Notes under the pieces: model-generated
The model's input: the letters and a program-made list of their open reading frames with translations, nothing else
What the model was told of the DNA's origin: nothing
Database searches by the model: none
Assembly (NCBI GenBank): GCA_049325595.1
Contig: JBMOLF010000001.1
Coordinates: 102,857 to 166,856 of the forward strand
Length of the DNA stretch: 64,000 nt
Direction of reading: 5' to 3'
From: Candidatus Babelota bacterium
Lineage (GTDB): Bacteria > Babelota > Babeliae > Babelales > Vermiphilaceae
Position numbers and translations under genes: made by a program
Shown: positions 19,152-28,484 of the stretch, one piece after another
Layout: each line of letters starts with the position of its first letter
Numbering within the stretch: the first letter of the stretch is position 1

Positions 19152-19974
19152 CCCTAGGAGAAGAAAGAGAAATAACCGAAAGATCGGGCAAATATTCTTC
19201 TGCGCCCTCCATCATCATACTCATATCTTCTTGATTTGCATTGTTGGTTTTGACCTTATATACGTGTTCAAAAATATGCTGGGAAAATCCTAATTTTTTT
19301 TGCGCCGGGATCAACCATAATGGTATGTCTTTACGTTCAACACTTGCAGGCAAGAAAATCTCAAACGGCTCATCTTCCCGTAATAAAGACACAAAGCTTT
19401 CTGGTAAATAGGTTATTTTCAAGGGGTGGTGTTTACCATCTTCTGGTGAAAAACCAAAATAATTTAAATTGATCTTTTTGCCACAAAACATCTTTGAAAG
19501 TGCTGATAGGCAAACAGGTACCATTACCGTATCTCCCGACAATAAGGCACCAAGAGCACAAACCAATTCCTCTTTATTTTCAAGTTCTTTTAAAAGACAA
19601 ATTGGTTTATCTTCTTTTATCGCTATATAAGCTTCAAGATGCGCACAGTTATTATGTTTTCCCCAAGGCAGAATACCTTCATGAACAATTTTGCGTTTTT
19701 TAGTTGGTCCACCTAATTCGTTTGATGCAGCTCTTTTAAAACCAGTATGCTTTTCTAATTTTACTTTTTTTTGAGCAGCAAATGCGTGGTCATCGGTCAC
19801 TTTTCTTTTAACACCTTGTTTTTTTGATTGAGTAGCAACAAAAAATACCGGAGCGCTTTTACGAGCTTGCGCAATGCATAATGGTATTCCCTGGTGCTCA
19901 TCAACCATTTCAATGTCCATAGCTAGTGCCGATGTTATAGAAAAAAGAATGAGAAAAGCAAAAAGCATCATCAA
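19126..19974 (-). CDS. Hypothetical secreted protein with NLS-like basic clusters
   Basis: Signal peptide ALA-MDI; KRKV...KKVK and KRAASNELGGPTKKRKI. Confidence 0.6.
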   Translation of the reverse strand: MMMLFAFLILFSITSALAMDIEMVDEHQGIPLCIAQARKSAPVFFVATQSKKQGVKRKVTDDHAFAAQKKVKLEKHTGFKRAASNELGGPTKKRKIVHEGILPWGKHNNCAHLEAYIAIKEDKPICLLKELENKEELVCALGALLSGDTVMVPVCLSALSKMFCGKKINLNYFGFSPEDGKHHPLKITYLPESFVSLLREDEPFEIFLPASVERKDIPLWLIPAQKKLGFSQHIFEHVYKVKTNNANQEDMSMMMEGAEEYLPDLSVISLSSPRVDEAHGRT

Positions 19975-19982
19975 AAAAATCC

Positions 19983-21914
19983 TTAACTTAATTGCGACCC
20001 GGAAATCACTGGTTGCTCGGGCATCATAAGTTTAAGATTACCAGCTTCATCTTTTGCAAAAAGCATCATACCCTGTGATTCTAAGCCTAAAATCTTTCTT
20101 GGCTTAAGATTTACTACAAACAAAGCTTGTTTGCCAATCAATTGTTCAGGTTGATAATATTTACGAATGCCAGACAATACTTGTCGCATACCATCAGCAC
20201 CAAAATCAACTTGTAGCTTAAGCAATTTATCTGATTGATCTACAAAAGTGCATTCTTTAATAGTACCTACTTTGAGTTGAACTTTGGCAAAATCTTCTAT
20301 GCCAATATAGGTTGGTTCTTCAATTTTTGGTTGTTCAATTTTTTCTGGTGCAGCAGTTTCTCGCTCACTCATTGGTTTTGCAAATAAGGCATCAATTTTG
20401 TGTAACATAAATCGTTCTTTCCATATACCAAGCTTAAGTAAATCAACTATATTGGTCTCATGAGCTATTGTTTTGCCCAAACTTTTAAGCAATTGCTCCA
20501 TTTTTTCAGGCATTACCGGCCATAATAATAATCCAACGGTGTACAACCCATGAGCAGCAGCACTTATTACCTGCTCAAACTCTGCTCGATTATTTTTTAC
20601 TAATTTCCATGGTTCTTGTGAATGAAAATAAGCATTTACCTGATTAATAAATTTCCACAGCTTTGCCAATGCCATGTGAAATTGAAATTCATCCATGCTC
20701 AGTTCATATTCTTGAACAGCATTTAAGCATTGGTCTCGTAATTCAATAGCAGCGACTGACCATACGGCTTTTGGTGCTACATCATAAAAATCATACTTAT
20801 GAGCCAATGTTACTAATCGGTTAAGTAAATTACCCAAATCATTGGCTAAATCAGATTCAATCTTTTGCTCAAGATCTGCAATGCTAAATTCACTATCATG
20901 AGTAATAGCAAGAGCACGTAATAAGTAATAACGAACTGGATCAGCACCATAGGCTTCTTTTAATGCGATAGGGTCAATAACATTGCCCAATGATTTGGAC
21001 ATCTTCTGCGCACCAACTTTAATCCATCCATGCACCAATAAATGTTTTGGTAATGCCAGACCACTTGCCATTAAAAATGCTGGCCAATACACCGCATGGA
21101 ACCGCACAATATCTTTGCCCATAATGTGCACATCGGCCGGCCACCAGAAATTAAATTCCTGTTCTTTGCCTGGTTGATCATAACCTACGCCAGTAATGTA
21201 ATTGTTAAGTGCATCAGCCCACACATAGGTTACATGTTTATTATCGCCCGGAAATGGAATACCCCACGTAATGGTAGTTCGAGAAATACTCAAATCTTTT
21301 AAACCCGATTTTACAAAACTGATAACTTCGGCAAAACGCTCTTTTGGTACAATAAAATCAGGGTTTTCTTCATAAAATTTTAATAAACGCTCTTGATAGG
21401 CAGACAATCTAAAAAAATAAGTTTCTTCTGACACCCAATGGGTCGCTCTGCCACATGAAGGGCACGGCGGCATTTCTTGCTCATGAGCTTCATGCTCAGT
21501 AACAAATGTTTCACACGAAGTACAATACCAGCCTTTATAAAATGCTTTATAAATATCGCCCTGCGCTAACAATTGAGAAAGCCAATCTTGTACTGCTTTT
21601 ACATGATAATCATCAGTAGTGCGAATAAATTTGGTATATTCAATTTCATAATCAGACCAAGCCTTTTTATACGCATCTATAAAGCTATCAACAAACTCTT
21701 TGGGCTTTTTGCCCGCTTGCTCAGCCGCTTGGGCTATTTTTTGGCCATGCTCATCGGTACCCGTTAAGAAAAACACCTTTTTACCTTTAATCTTATTCCA
21801 TCGCGCACTCACATCGGCAAGCACGGTAGAATATAACGACCCTAAATGTGGTCGTGCGGTAACATAGTAAATAGGAGTAGTAACATACCATTTATTCTTA
21901 GGGATTGATGACAT
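19983..21914 (-). CDS. metG: Methionine--tRNA ligase with C-terminal tRNA-binding domain
   Basis: YVTTPIYY, HLGS, TGTDEHG, GKDIVRFH, KMSKS; C-terminal VVNLKPRKILGLESQGM. Confidence 0.97.
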   Translation of the reverse strand: MSSIPKNKWYVTTPIYYVTARPHLGSLYSTVLADVSARWNKIKGKKVFFLTGTDEHGQKIAQAAEQAGKKPKEFVDSFIDAYKKAWSDYEIEYTKFIRTTDDYHVKAVQDWLSQLLAQGDIYKAFYKGWYCTSCETFVTEHEAHEQEMPPCPSCGRATHWVSEETYFFRLSAYQERLLKFYEENPDFIVPKERFAEVISFVKSGLKDLSISRTTITWGIPFPGDNKHVTYVWADALNNYITGVGYDQPGKEQEFNFWWPADVHIMGKDIVRFHAVYWPAFLMASGLALPKHLLVHGWIKVGAQKMSKSLGNVIDPIALKEAYGADPVRYYLLRALAITHDSEFSIADLEQKIESDLANDLGNLLNRLVTLAHKYDFYDVAPKAVWSVAAIELRDQCLNAVQEYELSMDEFQFHMALAKLWKFINQVNAYFHSQEPWKLVKNNRAEFEQVISAAAHGLYTVGLLLWPVMPEKMEQLLKSLGKTIAHETNIVDLLKLGIWKERFMLHKIDALFAKPMSERETAAPEKIEQPKIEEPTYIGIEDFAKVQLKVGTIKECTFVDQSDKLLKLQVDFGADGMRQVLSGIRKYYQPEQLIGKQALFVVNLKPRKILGLESQGMMLFAKDEAGNLKLMMPEQPVISGSQLS

Positions 21915-22123
21915 GTGGTAATTCCTTTGCAATAATAAAGAGCATTTTATTGCTTTTTAGAATAACCGAAATTATGACAAACATAAAGTTTGATGGCCCT
22001 GCCAGAAAATGTGCCATTAACCAACTCTTTCTAGTATAATCGCAGTATATTAAAGCCATCGCAGCTCAAGCACAAAAATTACAAGAAAAGCACAAAAAAG
22101 AAAAAATGGATTCACATTAAGAT

Positions 22124-22149
22124 TAAGGCGCAACATATGTTGCGCCTTA
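22124..22149. terminator. Perfect 26-bp palindrome, terminator-like
   Basis: TAAGGCGCAACATATGTTGCGCCTTA, 12 nt downstream of the stop of 22162-22926. Confidence 0.5.
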
Positions 22150-22161
22150 TAAATATTCTAT

Positions 22162-22926
22162 TTACGAAATATAGTCATCTGCTCTTAATTGCTTGTACAC
22201 CGTTTTAAGCCAGGTAATTAAACTTAATTGCGCTTGGTCTATGGCAATAACACTATCAAGATCATCAGCATTAGCCGATTCATCGGTAGTACTGCCTATA
22301 GTACTAGCCAAATCTTGATAGGCATCAGCAAGAACCATTACTTTTTGCTCGACGCTGAGCAAAACTGATTCAAGATACGCAACGCGCATTTCGATATTCT
22401 CAAGCATCTGACCAGAATTAGTTATACCATCTTGATTTGCCTGAATATCATTTTTAATAATACTCAATTCTTCAACTAGTTCTTTTTTTACTTTATCTAG
22501 GGCAGTTTTTAATCCACGTAAATCTTTAGTGTGAATCAAATCTACTAATGCTTTTAGTTCTTTACTACGTTTAAGTAATTTTGCTAATGCTTTTGCATGC
22601 AAAGATTGCACATCTGGCGAAACAATTTGATTATTTTCATTTATTGAAACTGATAAGCGATCACATAATTCATGTATTGCTGCGTTGTCGGTAAAATCAG
22701 ATTGCATAGTAAGCGATTCTTTTAGGTTTTTACACTCAGTAACCAATTCTTCAACTGTTTTTAATAATTGTGAAAAATAAAGTTCTTTGGTAACTGGCTT
22801 TTCGTGTTTTTCGCATGAAACAGGATCAATCAGCGACGCAGAATAAGTAGTTTGATCGTCATGTGCAATTACCGAACAGCAAAGCATTAAGCATAAAACT
22901 GCCATTGCATGTTTTGTACAATTCAT
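22162..22926 (-). CDS. Hypothetical secreted coiled-coil protein
   Basis: 254-aa ORF, AGGAG RBS, signal peptide, heptad-like pattern. Confidence 0.65.
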   Translation of the reverse strand: MNCTKHAMAVLCLMLCCSVIAHDDQTTYSASLIDPVSCEKHEKPVTKELYFSQLLKTVEELVTECKNLKESLTMQSDFTDNAAIHELCDRLSVSINENNQIVSPDVQSLHAKALAKLLKRSKELKALVDLIHTKDLRGLKTALDKVKKELVEELSIIKNDIQANQDGITNSGQMLENIEMRVAYLESVLLSVEQKVMVLADAYQDLASTIGSTTDESANADDLDSVIAIDQAQLSLITWLKTVYKQLRADDYIS

Positions 22927-22997
22927 GGTTCTCCTTTTTTAATAGTGCTCTTACTCTCATCAAGATCAATTTTTTTAACAATACATGTCAATGATCA

Positions 22998-24059
22998 TTA
23001 CGCAAAGACATCAATCCACAATTGGTTAATTTCTTGATCAGGAATTATATTACGCAGAAAATCATAACGATTAATATTTTCAATTAAATTAGTGCACCAT
23101 TCTTTGTCTAGCGCCGCAACATCGGTGCGAGCCGGGCAATAGCCATATAACGCTGCATTGTGCTCAATTACGTCTGGCCGTAGTAAAAAGTTAAGCAAGG
23201 CATATACTAATTCATCTTTTTGTGTAGCAGCAGGAATAGCAAATGCATCAATCACCGCTAAACTTCCTGACGATGGTATAACAAAACCTAAATTGGGAGT
23301 ATGAGCTTTATATCGCATATATTCTGATGAAAGAACCAAGGCCAATTGACAACTTTTTGTTTTTAATAAACTTGCTGCACGTTCAATACTGTAAGTTTCT
23401 ATATGCTTTTTTTGTTGCTGAAGTACCTGCTTAATTTCAGCTAATTTTTCTTTGTTAGTTAAGGCATTAATCGAGCCAAAACGGTGCAACGCTGCAAGCA
23501 TTACCGCTTCACGTGCTTCATCGGTCATGCATACGGTGTATTTACCTGGACTAAAAAGAATATCCCATCTATCAAGGGGAATGCCCTGCGGAAAATCATC
23601 AGTGCTATAGCCAATACCATAAACTCCCAAATAATAAGGAACTGCATATTCGTTAGTTTTATCAAAATAATGTCCCATTAATTGTGGAAAAATCAAAGAC
23701 CATGCAGCAATCTTATCGGGTTGAATTTTTTTGAGTAACCCTTCTTGTTTTAACAATTCTATCGAATGGTCATCAGGCATAATCAAATCGTAATCTTTGC
23801 CACCAGTAGTGCGCATTTTGCTCAACAATGATTGGCTATCTTCATAGTAAGCAACATGTAATGCTATACCAGATTCTTTTTCAAACTTTTTAAAAGTCTG
23901 CTCATCAAACATAGCAGGCGGCACTAAAATTGTTAAACTCAAGCGAGCCGTTACCAATTTTTGGTGTATTTTAGGAATCATCAAAAATAAAAAGATAATG
24001 CTCAACCACCCTGCAACAATTATCGGATACCAAAAAAAAGAGAACGATCTGCTGTTCAT
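22998..24059 (-). CDS. potD: Spermidine/putrescine ABC transporter substrate-binding protein
   Basis: FEKESGI, YDLIMP, YAVPYYLG, IDAFAIPA; position in potABC operon. Confidence 0.85.
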   Translation of the reverse strand: MNSRSFSFFWYPIIVAGWLSIIFLFLMIPKIHQKLVTARLSLTILVPPAMFDEQTFKKFEKESGIALHVAYYEDSQSLLSKMRTTGGKDYDLIMPDDHSIELLKQEGLLKKIQPDKIAAWSLIFPQLMGHYFDKTNEYAVPYYLGVYGIGYSTDDFPQGIPLDRWDILFSPGKYTVCMTDEAREAVMLAALHRFGSINALTNKEKLAEIKQVLQQQKKHIETYSIERAASLLKTKSCQLALVLSSEYMRYKAHTPNLGFVIPSSGSLAVIDAFAIPAATQKDELVYALLNFLLRPDVIEHNAALYGYCPARTDVAALDKEWCTNLIENINRYDFLRNIIPDQEINQLWIDVFA

Positions 24060-24850
24060 TGGAGAAAATCCATCTTTTTAATTTTCAATGAAGAGAACAA
24101 TAACACTAAAGCACTACTTATAAGCAATAACAATGTCGAAAGAGCGTTTATCACTGGCGTAGCGCCACTTCTAATTAAAGCAAAAATATGTATGGGCAAC
24201 GTTTGCGTTGCTGATCCCGCACAAAAAAATGAAATAATAAAATCATCCAACGATACGACAAACACTAACAATGATGCTGCTGCCAACGCTGGTGCAAGTA
24301 AAGGAATATATACTTTTCTAAAGGTTTGTCCTTGTGTTGCACCTAAATCCATAGAAGCTTCCATATAACGTTTATCAAGTTCATCAAAGCGAGATTTGAC
24401 AATAGGCACCACATAGCCAAGTCCAATCAAAGTATGGCCAGCAATTAACGTTGTCAGTCCAAGAGGTACGCTCAGAATAATAAATAAATTGAGTAATCCA
24501 ACTGCTAAAACAATTTCTGGCATTGCAAGACTTGCATAAAAAAGTACCACCAAATTTGCTACGTAATTTTTACTGCTATATAGCACAAAAAGAGTTCCTA
24601 AAGTGAGGCTTAATAACACCGTAGCACCTGCTACGATTAATGAATTTTTAAGAGCAATCCAAATAGCAGCACTTTGCCACAATTCTTGATACCAACGAAG
24701 CGAAAATCCTTCCCACTCAAATGGTGTTGCGCCATGGTTAAAGGAAAATAAAACCAGTACTATAATGGGCAAATACATAAAAAGATAGGTTACTAATCCC
24801 ACCACCGGCCAAAAGGAAGAAGTTGATATTTTAAATCGAGAAGTGGCCAT
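24056..24850 (-). CDS. potC: Polyamine ABC transporter permease
   Basis: LFSFN, EASMDLGA EAA loop, SLDDF, TLPI. Confidence 0.9.
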   Translation of the reverse strand: MATSRFKISTSSFWPVVGLVTYLFMYLPIIVLVLFSFNHGATPFEWEGFSLRWYQELWQSAAIWIALKNSLIVAGATVLLSLTLGTLFVLYSSKNYVANLVVLFYASLAMPEIVLAVGLLNLFIILSVPLGLTTLIAGHTLIGLGYVVPIVKSRFDELDKRYMEASMDLGATQGQTFRKVYIPLLAPALAAASLLVFVVSLDDFIISFFCAGSATQTLPIHIFALIRSGATPVINALSTLLLLISSALVLLFSSLKIKKMDFLQ

Positions 24851-24852
24851 AA

Positions 24853-25722
24853 TTATTTCCTTTGTACGCGAGGATTAATAAACCATTTAAATACACGCAT
24901 TATTGCCCATGCACTTAGAGCAAGAACAACTCCACTCAATATCGTAAACGCAGATCCTCTACCAATATCGCGCGCTGAAAGGAAAAATTGTGAAATAAGT
25001 GGACCAACAAATAAATAACGTCCGCCACCTAAGAGTACGGGAATTACTAATTCACCAAAGGCTGGTACAAACACCAAAAAAAAGCCCGTTCTAATGCCTG
25101 GTAGAGATAAAGGCAATGTAACATGTTTAAAGGTATTCCATGCATTAGCACCCAGGTCTGATGATGCTTCTAATAATCGACGATCTAATTTCTCTAGATT
25201 TGCATATAAAGGAAATATCATAAATGGCAAATAACAATACACCATCACCAAGTAGATAGCAAACAACGAATTTAAAAAAGGAATTGGCGCTGATATAAAG
25301 CCCAATTTTAGCAATATGCTATTCAGCAGACCCTGTTTTTCTAAAATAAAAAACCAGGAGTACACTTGCACCATTAAGCTTGTCCAAAATGGTAAAATTA
25401 AAAAAAATAAAAGAATATTTTTAGCTTTTCTTGCTTTTACCGCAAGAAAATAACACATAGGATATGCAGCCAATAAACAGGTAAAGCTCGTAGCTAAAGC
25501 AAGCAATAAAGAACGTGCAATAACACGAAAATAAATTGATGCAAAAAGACTGCTATAAAATTCGGTAGTAAAATACCACCCTTGTGCATCAAAACCTATA
25601 AAACTCAACAAGACAATACCAGCTGCGGGGATATAAAAAAAGAGAAATTGCCATAAAAGCGCTGGTATATATAAAGAAAATGCTGTGTATTTATTTTTAA
25701 TAGCGGTTATTGCGTTTTTCAT
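24853..25722 (-). CDS. potB: Polyamine ABC transporter permease
   Basis: LPFWTS, YLPFMIFPLY, EASSDLGA, LPLSLPG. Confidence 0.9.
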   Translation of the reverse strand: MKNAITAIKNKYTAFSLYIPALLWQFLFFYIPAAGIVLLSFIGFDAQGWYFTTEFYSSLFASIYFRVIARSLLLALATSFTCLLAAYPMCYFLAVKARKAKNILLFFLILPFWTSLMVQVYSWFFILEKQGLLNSILLKLGFISAPIPFLNSLFAIYLVMVYCYLPFMIFPLYANLEKLDRRLLEASSDLGANAWNTFKHVTLPLSLPGIRTGFFLVFVPAFGELVIPVLLGGGRYLFVGPLISQFFLSARDIGRGSAFTILSGVVLALSAWAIMRVFKWFINPRVQRK

Positions 25723-26807
25723 CTCTCTAAAAGCACCACGTTTTCTTTTTGCCAATATAAAAATACCTGATCATCATAATCAATGACTTCTTTAGGAAAA
25801 TGTTCTTCATTTTGCTCAAACACTTGCACTAAAAAGTCATTAGCAAGCCGCACATTGTATTGGGTTGAGCGGCCATGATAAACAATTGAGGCAACCGTAC
25901 CTTTTAAGCAGTTAGAAAAATTTTCAAGCGGGACTTTGCTAATTTCGATTTTTTCAGGGCGCAAACTCATATACAGCTGGGTGCCATGTTCAAATTCTTT
26001 ATTTTTTGGCAATGCCACTTCAAAACTACCTAAATCAGGTATTACCAGGTGTGCACTGTCTGCGCTTTTTTGGAGTGTGCCATGAAAAATATTAGTGCTA
26101 CCTACAAAACGTGCTACAAACGATGAGACTGGAAATTCATATATCTCTTTTGGTGTACCAACTTGCTCAATTTCGCCATCATAATTCATAATTGCCATAG
26201 TATCAGCAACGGTAAGAGCTTCAAACTGATCGTGCGTCACATAGACAAAAGTAGTTTTGAGCATAGATTGTAAATCGATTAACTCAAGCAACATACGCTC
26301 ACGGAGTTTTAAATCTAATGCTGCCAATGGCTCATCGAGTAATAATACATCCGGCTCGTTAATAATCGCACGTGCAAGCGCAACACGCTGTTGCTGCCCC
26401 CCTGAAAGCTGATTAATCGATTTATAGATTTGTTTTTCTAAATGGACTGTTTTCAAGATCTTACGGACTCTTTCTTGAATCTGATCTGCCGGAACTTTTT
26501 TTATGCGTAAGCCATAGGCTACATTATCAAACACATTTAAGTGGGGGAACAGGGCATAATTTTGAAAAACAGTGTTTATGCGACGCTCGTGAATAGGAAC
26601 GTGAGTAATGTCTTGATTACCTAAGAAAATTTGTCCTTCATCCACGGTCTCAAAACCAGCGATAAGTCTGAGTAATGTTGTTTTGCCGCTACCACTTGGT
26701 CCAAGAAGCGCAAAAATAGTTCCGCTGGGAATGGTGAGGTTAAGATTTTCAATAATAACTTCACCATGATAACTTTTTTTTATGTTCTTTAACTTAATGC
26801 TTCTCAT
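25719..26807 (-). CDS. potA: Polyamine ABC transporter ATP-binding protein
   Basis: GPSGSGKT, VFQNYALFPHL, LSGGQQQR, LLLDEP, YVTHDQ; C-terminal TOBE-like region. Confidence 0.93.
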   Translation of the reverse strand: MRSIKLKNIKKSYHGEVIIENLNLTIPSGTIFALLGPSGSGKTTLLRLIAGFETVDEGQIFLGNQDITHVPIHERRINTVFQNYALFPHLNVFDNVAYGLRIKKVPADQIQERVRKILKTVHLEKQIYKSINQLSGGQQQRVALARAIINEPDVLLLDEPLAALDLKLRERMLLELIDLQSMLKTTFVYVTHDQFEALTVADTMAIMNYDGEIEQVGTPKEIYEFPVSSFVARFVGSTNIFHGTLQKSADSAHLVIPDLGSFEVALPKNKEFEHGTQLYMSLRPEKIEISKVPLENFSNCLKGTVASIVYHGRSTQYNVRLANDFLVQVFEQNEEHFPKEVIDYDDQVFLYWQKENVVLLER

Positions 26808-27534
26808 CTTTTTTACCGGCCCTCGCAAACGTCATTGGAACTACTACATCAGCTAAAGTACATGGTATAACTACTGCTATTACCAAAAACAAGAATACAA
26901 AACCAATTTGTTTATGCCAATCAAAAAAACCATGCGAAACCAAATAAAAGGTTGAAGCAAGAGAACTTACAAAAATATGAGAAAAATGAGAAGAAATTGA
27001 GTAAAACCCTTGGCGAGAGCTTGGATGCCTACTCATTACCCACCCATTTATCAATCCTATAGCCAAAAAAGGAAGTACATTTGGCAATTCTTTAAAAAAA
27101 CATAAATGAAAATGCATATTCACACCAAGCGCCGTTCCACCTAAATAGGGAAGTACTGAGTCGGAAATAGTACAGAAAAATACCGTTGAAGATATACCGG
27201 TTATCAAGGCACGTAATATGTTTTTAGAAAACCGTAAAAAAGTTATTAACACTCCGGTTGCTGCAAAGGTAATATGCATAAAATGAAACCCGTGAAAGAG
27301 CATTTTTGAGCCCTTTTTTAACACGGCATGATCAAACCCAGCAGAAAAAAAACTTACCATACTCAAAATAATAAGAGAAAAAGCCACTGAGAAAATAGCG
27401 TAAGGCAAATGATGAGCCAATTCAGATAATAAGCTGTGGTCATGGCCATGACTATGATCGTGACAATGAGAATGTGCCTTTTGATTGCCGCTCACAACAT
27501 GGAGATTTGAGGAGTTTATTGTTTTATTATTCAT
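26794..27534 (-). CDS. His-rich integral membrane protein
   Basis: HSHCHDHSHGHDH N-terminus, ~6 hydrophobic segments with intramembrane His/Cys/Asp. Confidence 0.6.
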   Translation of the reverse strand: MNNKTINSSNLHVVSGNQKAHSHCHDHSHGHDHSLLSELAHHLPYAIFSVAFSLIILSMVSFFSAGFDHAVLKKGSKMLFHGFHFMHITFAATGVLITFLRFSKNILRALITGISSTVFFCTISDSVLPYLGGTALGVNMHFHLCFFKELPNVLPFLAIGLINGWVMSRHPSSRQGFYSISSHFSHIFVSSLASTFYLVSHGFFDWHKQIGFVFLFLVIAVVIPCTLADVVVPMTFARAGKKDEKH

Positions 27535-27683
27535 AATGAGAGGCGACCTCCGATTTTTACCGTAATTATCAAAATTAATTGTATTTTAAAATACCGATTT
27601 TTTGCGTAGAAATCAAAGAAATAGTATGTCAGATTGCAAATGAGCTATAATTATTCAATTAAGGTTAAAAAAGGAGGAATTTT

Positions 27684-28484
27684 ATGCGTAAAAATTCATT
27701 ATATTTTGTGTTGTTAATTATACTCAATACAAACTCAGTCAACCTCTGGGGGCAAGAAAAAAATAATCCCCTCCAAGCGGTACAATTAAAAAAAGATATA
27801 AAGCAAATAAATAAACAAATTCAATCTATAAAAGAAAAACAATGGTTCTTCACCTCGGTAGCATTGGTTTCCATAGGCATGCTTTATTATCTACCTGAAC
27901 GATTTACGAGTGATTTTTCTTTCTTTCATCTGTTAGAAGCATTTGTAAGAAGTACTGTTTTAGTAGCTGGTGGCAATTGTGGCAAACAAGGCTATGAATT
28001 ACATAAAACATCGCTTTTGCTTCAAGAGAAAAAAAACTCGCTTATAGCATCGTTGCAATCAATTAAAAATAATACCCTGTATGATAAGGCCACCTGCTCA
28101 ACAACGGTCAAAGAAAATATATTATTTTCCTGCGGTCTTTTTTTGACTCTTGGCCTGTGGTACTATCTCCCGATTATGTGCCAACAAGACTATTCACCTT
28201 CGCATTTAACTGAAGCAGCAGTTAGAACGGGAGCTGCTACAATTGGCGGCAATTGCTTAATTGAGTTTTATGAATCAAGAAAAAGTCGTCTCAAAACCAA
28301 TAAAAGTGAATTTGTACTTCCTATACAAAAAAAAGACACTCATTCTAGTCCTAAGCCTCCTGTACTTGATTTAACAAAACTTTCGTCTGAATATAGCGGT
28401 GAATATGGCAATATTGCACGCTTAAAGCGACACAACAGTTTGCCAAGTCCACGCAAAAGTAATGAATTTGATGACAAATCTTAA
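27684..28484 (+). CDS. Hypothetical membrane protein with internal duplication
   Basis: AGGAGG RBS; two copies of G.xYYLP...SxxHLxEAxVR......GGNC. Confidence 0.6.
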   Translation: MRKNSLYFVLLIILNTNSVNLWGQEKNNPLQAVQLKKDIKQINKQIQSIKEKQWFFTSVALVSIGMLYYLPERFTSDFSFFHLLEAFVRSTVLVAGGNCGKQGYELHKTSLLLQEKKNSLIASLQSIKNNTLYDKATCSTTVKENILFSCGLFLTLGLWYYLPIMCQQDYSPSHLTEAAVRTGAATIGGNCLIEFYESRKSRLKTNKSEFVLPIQKKDTHSSPKPPVLDLTKLSSEYSGEYGNIARLKRHNSLPSPRKSNEFDDKS

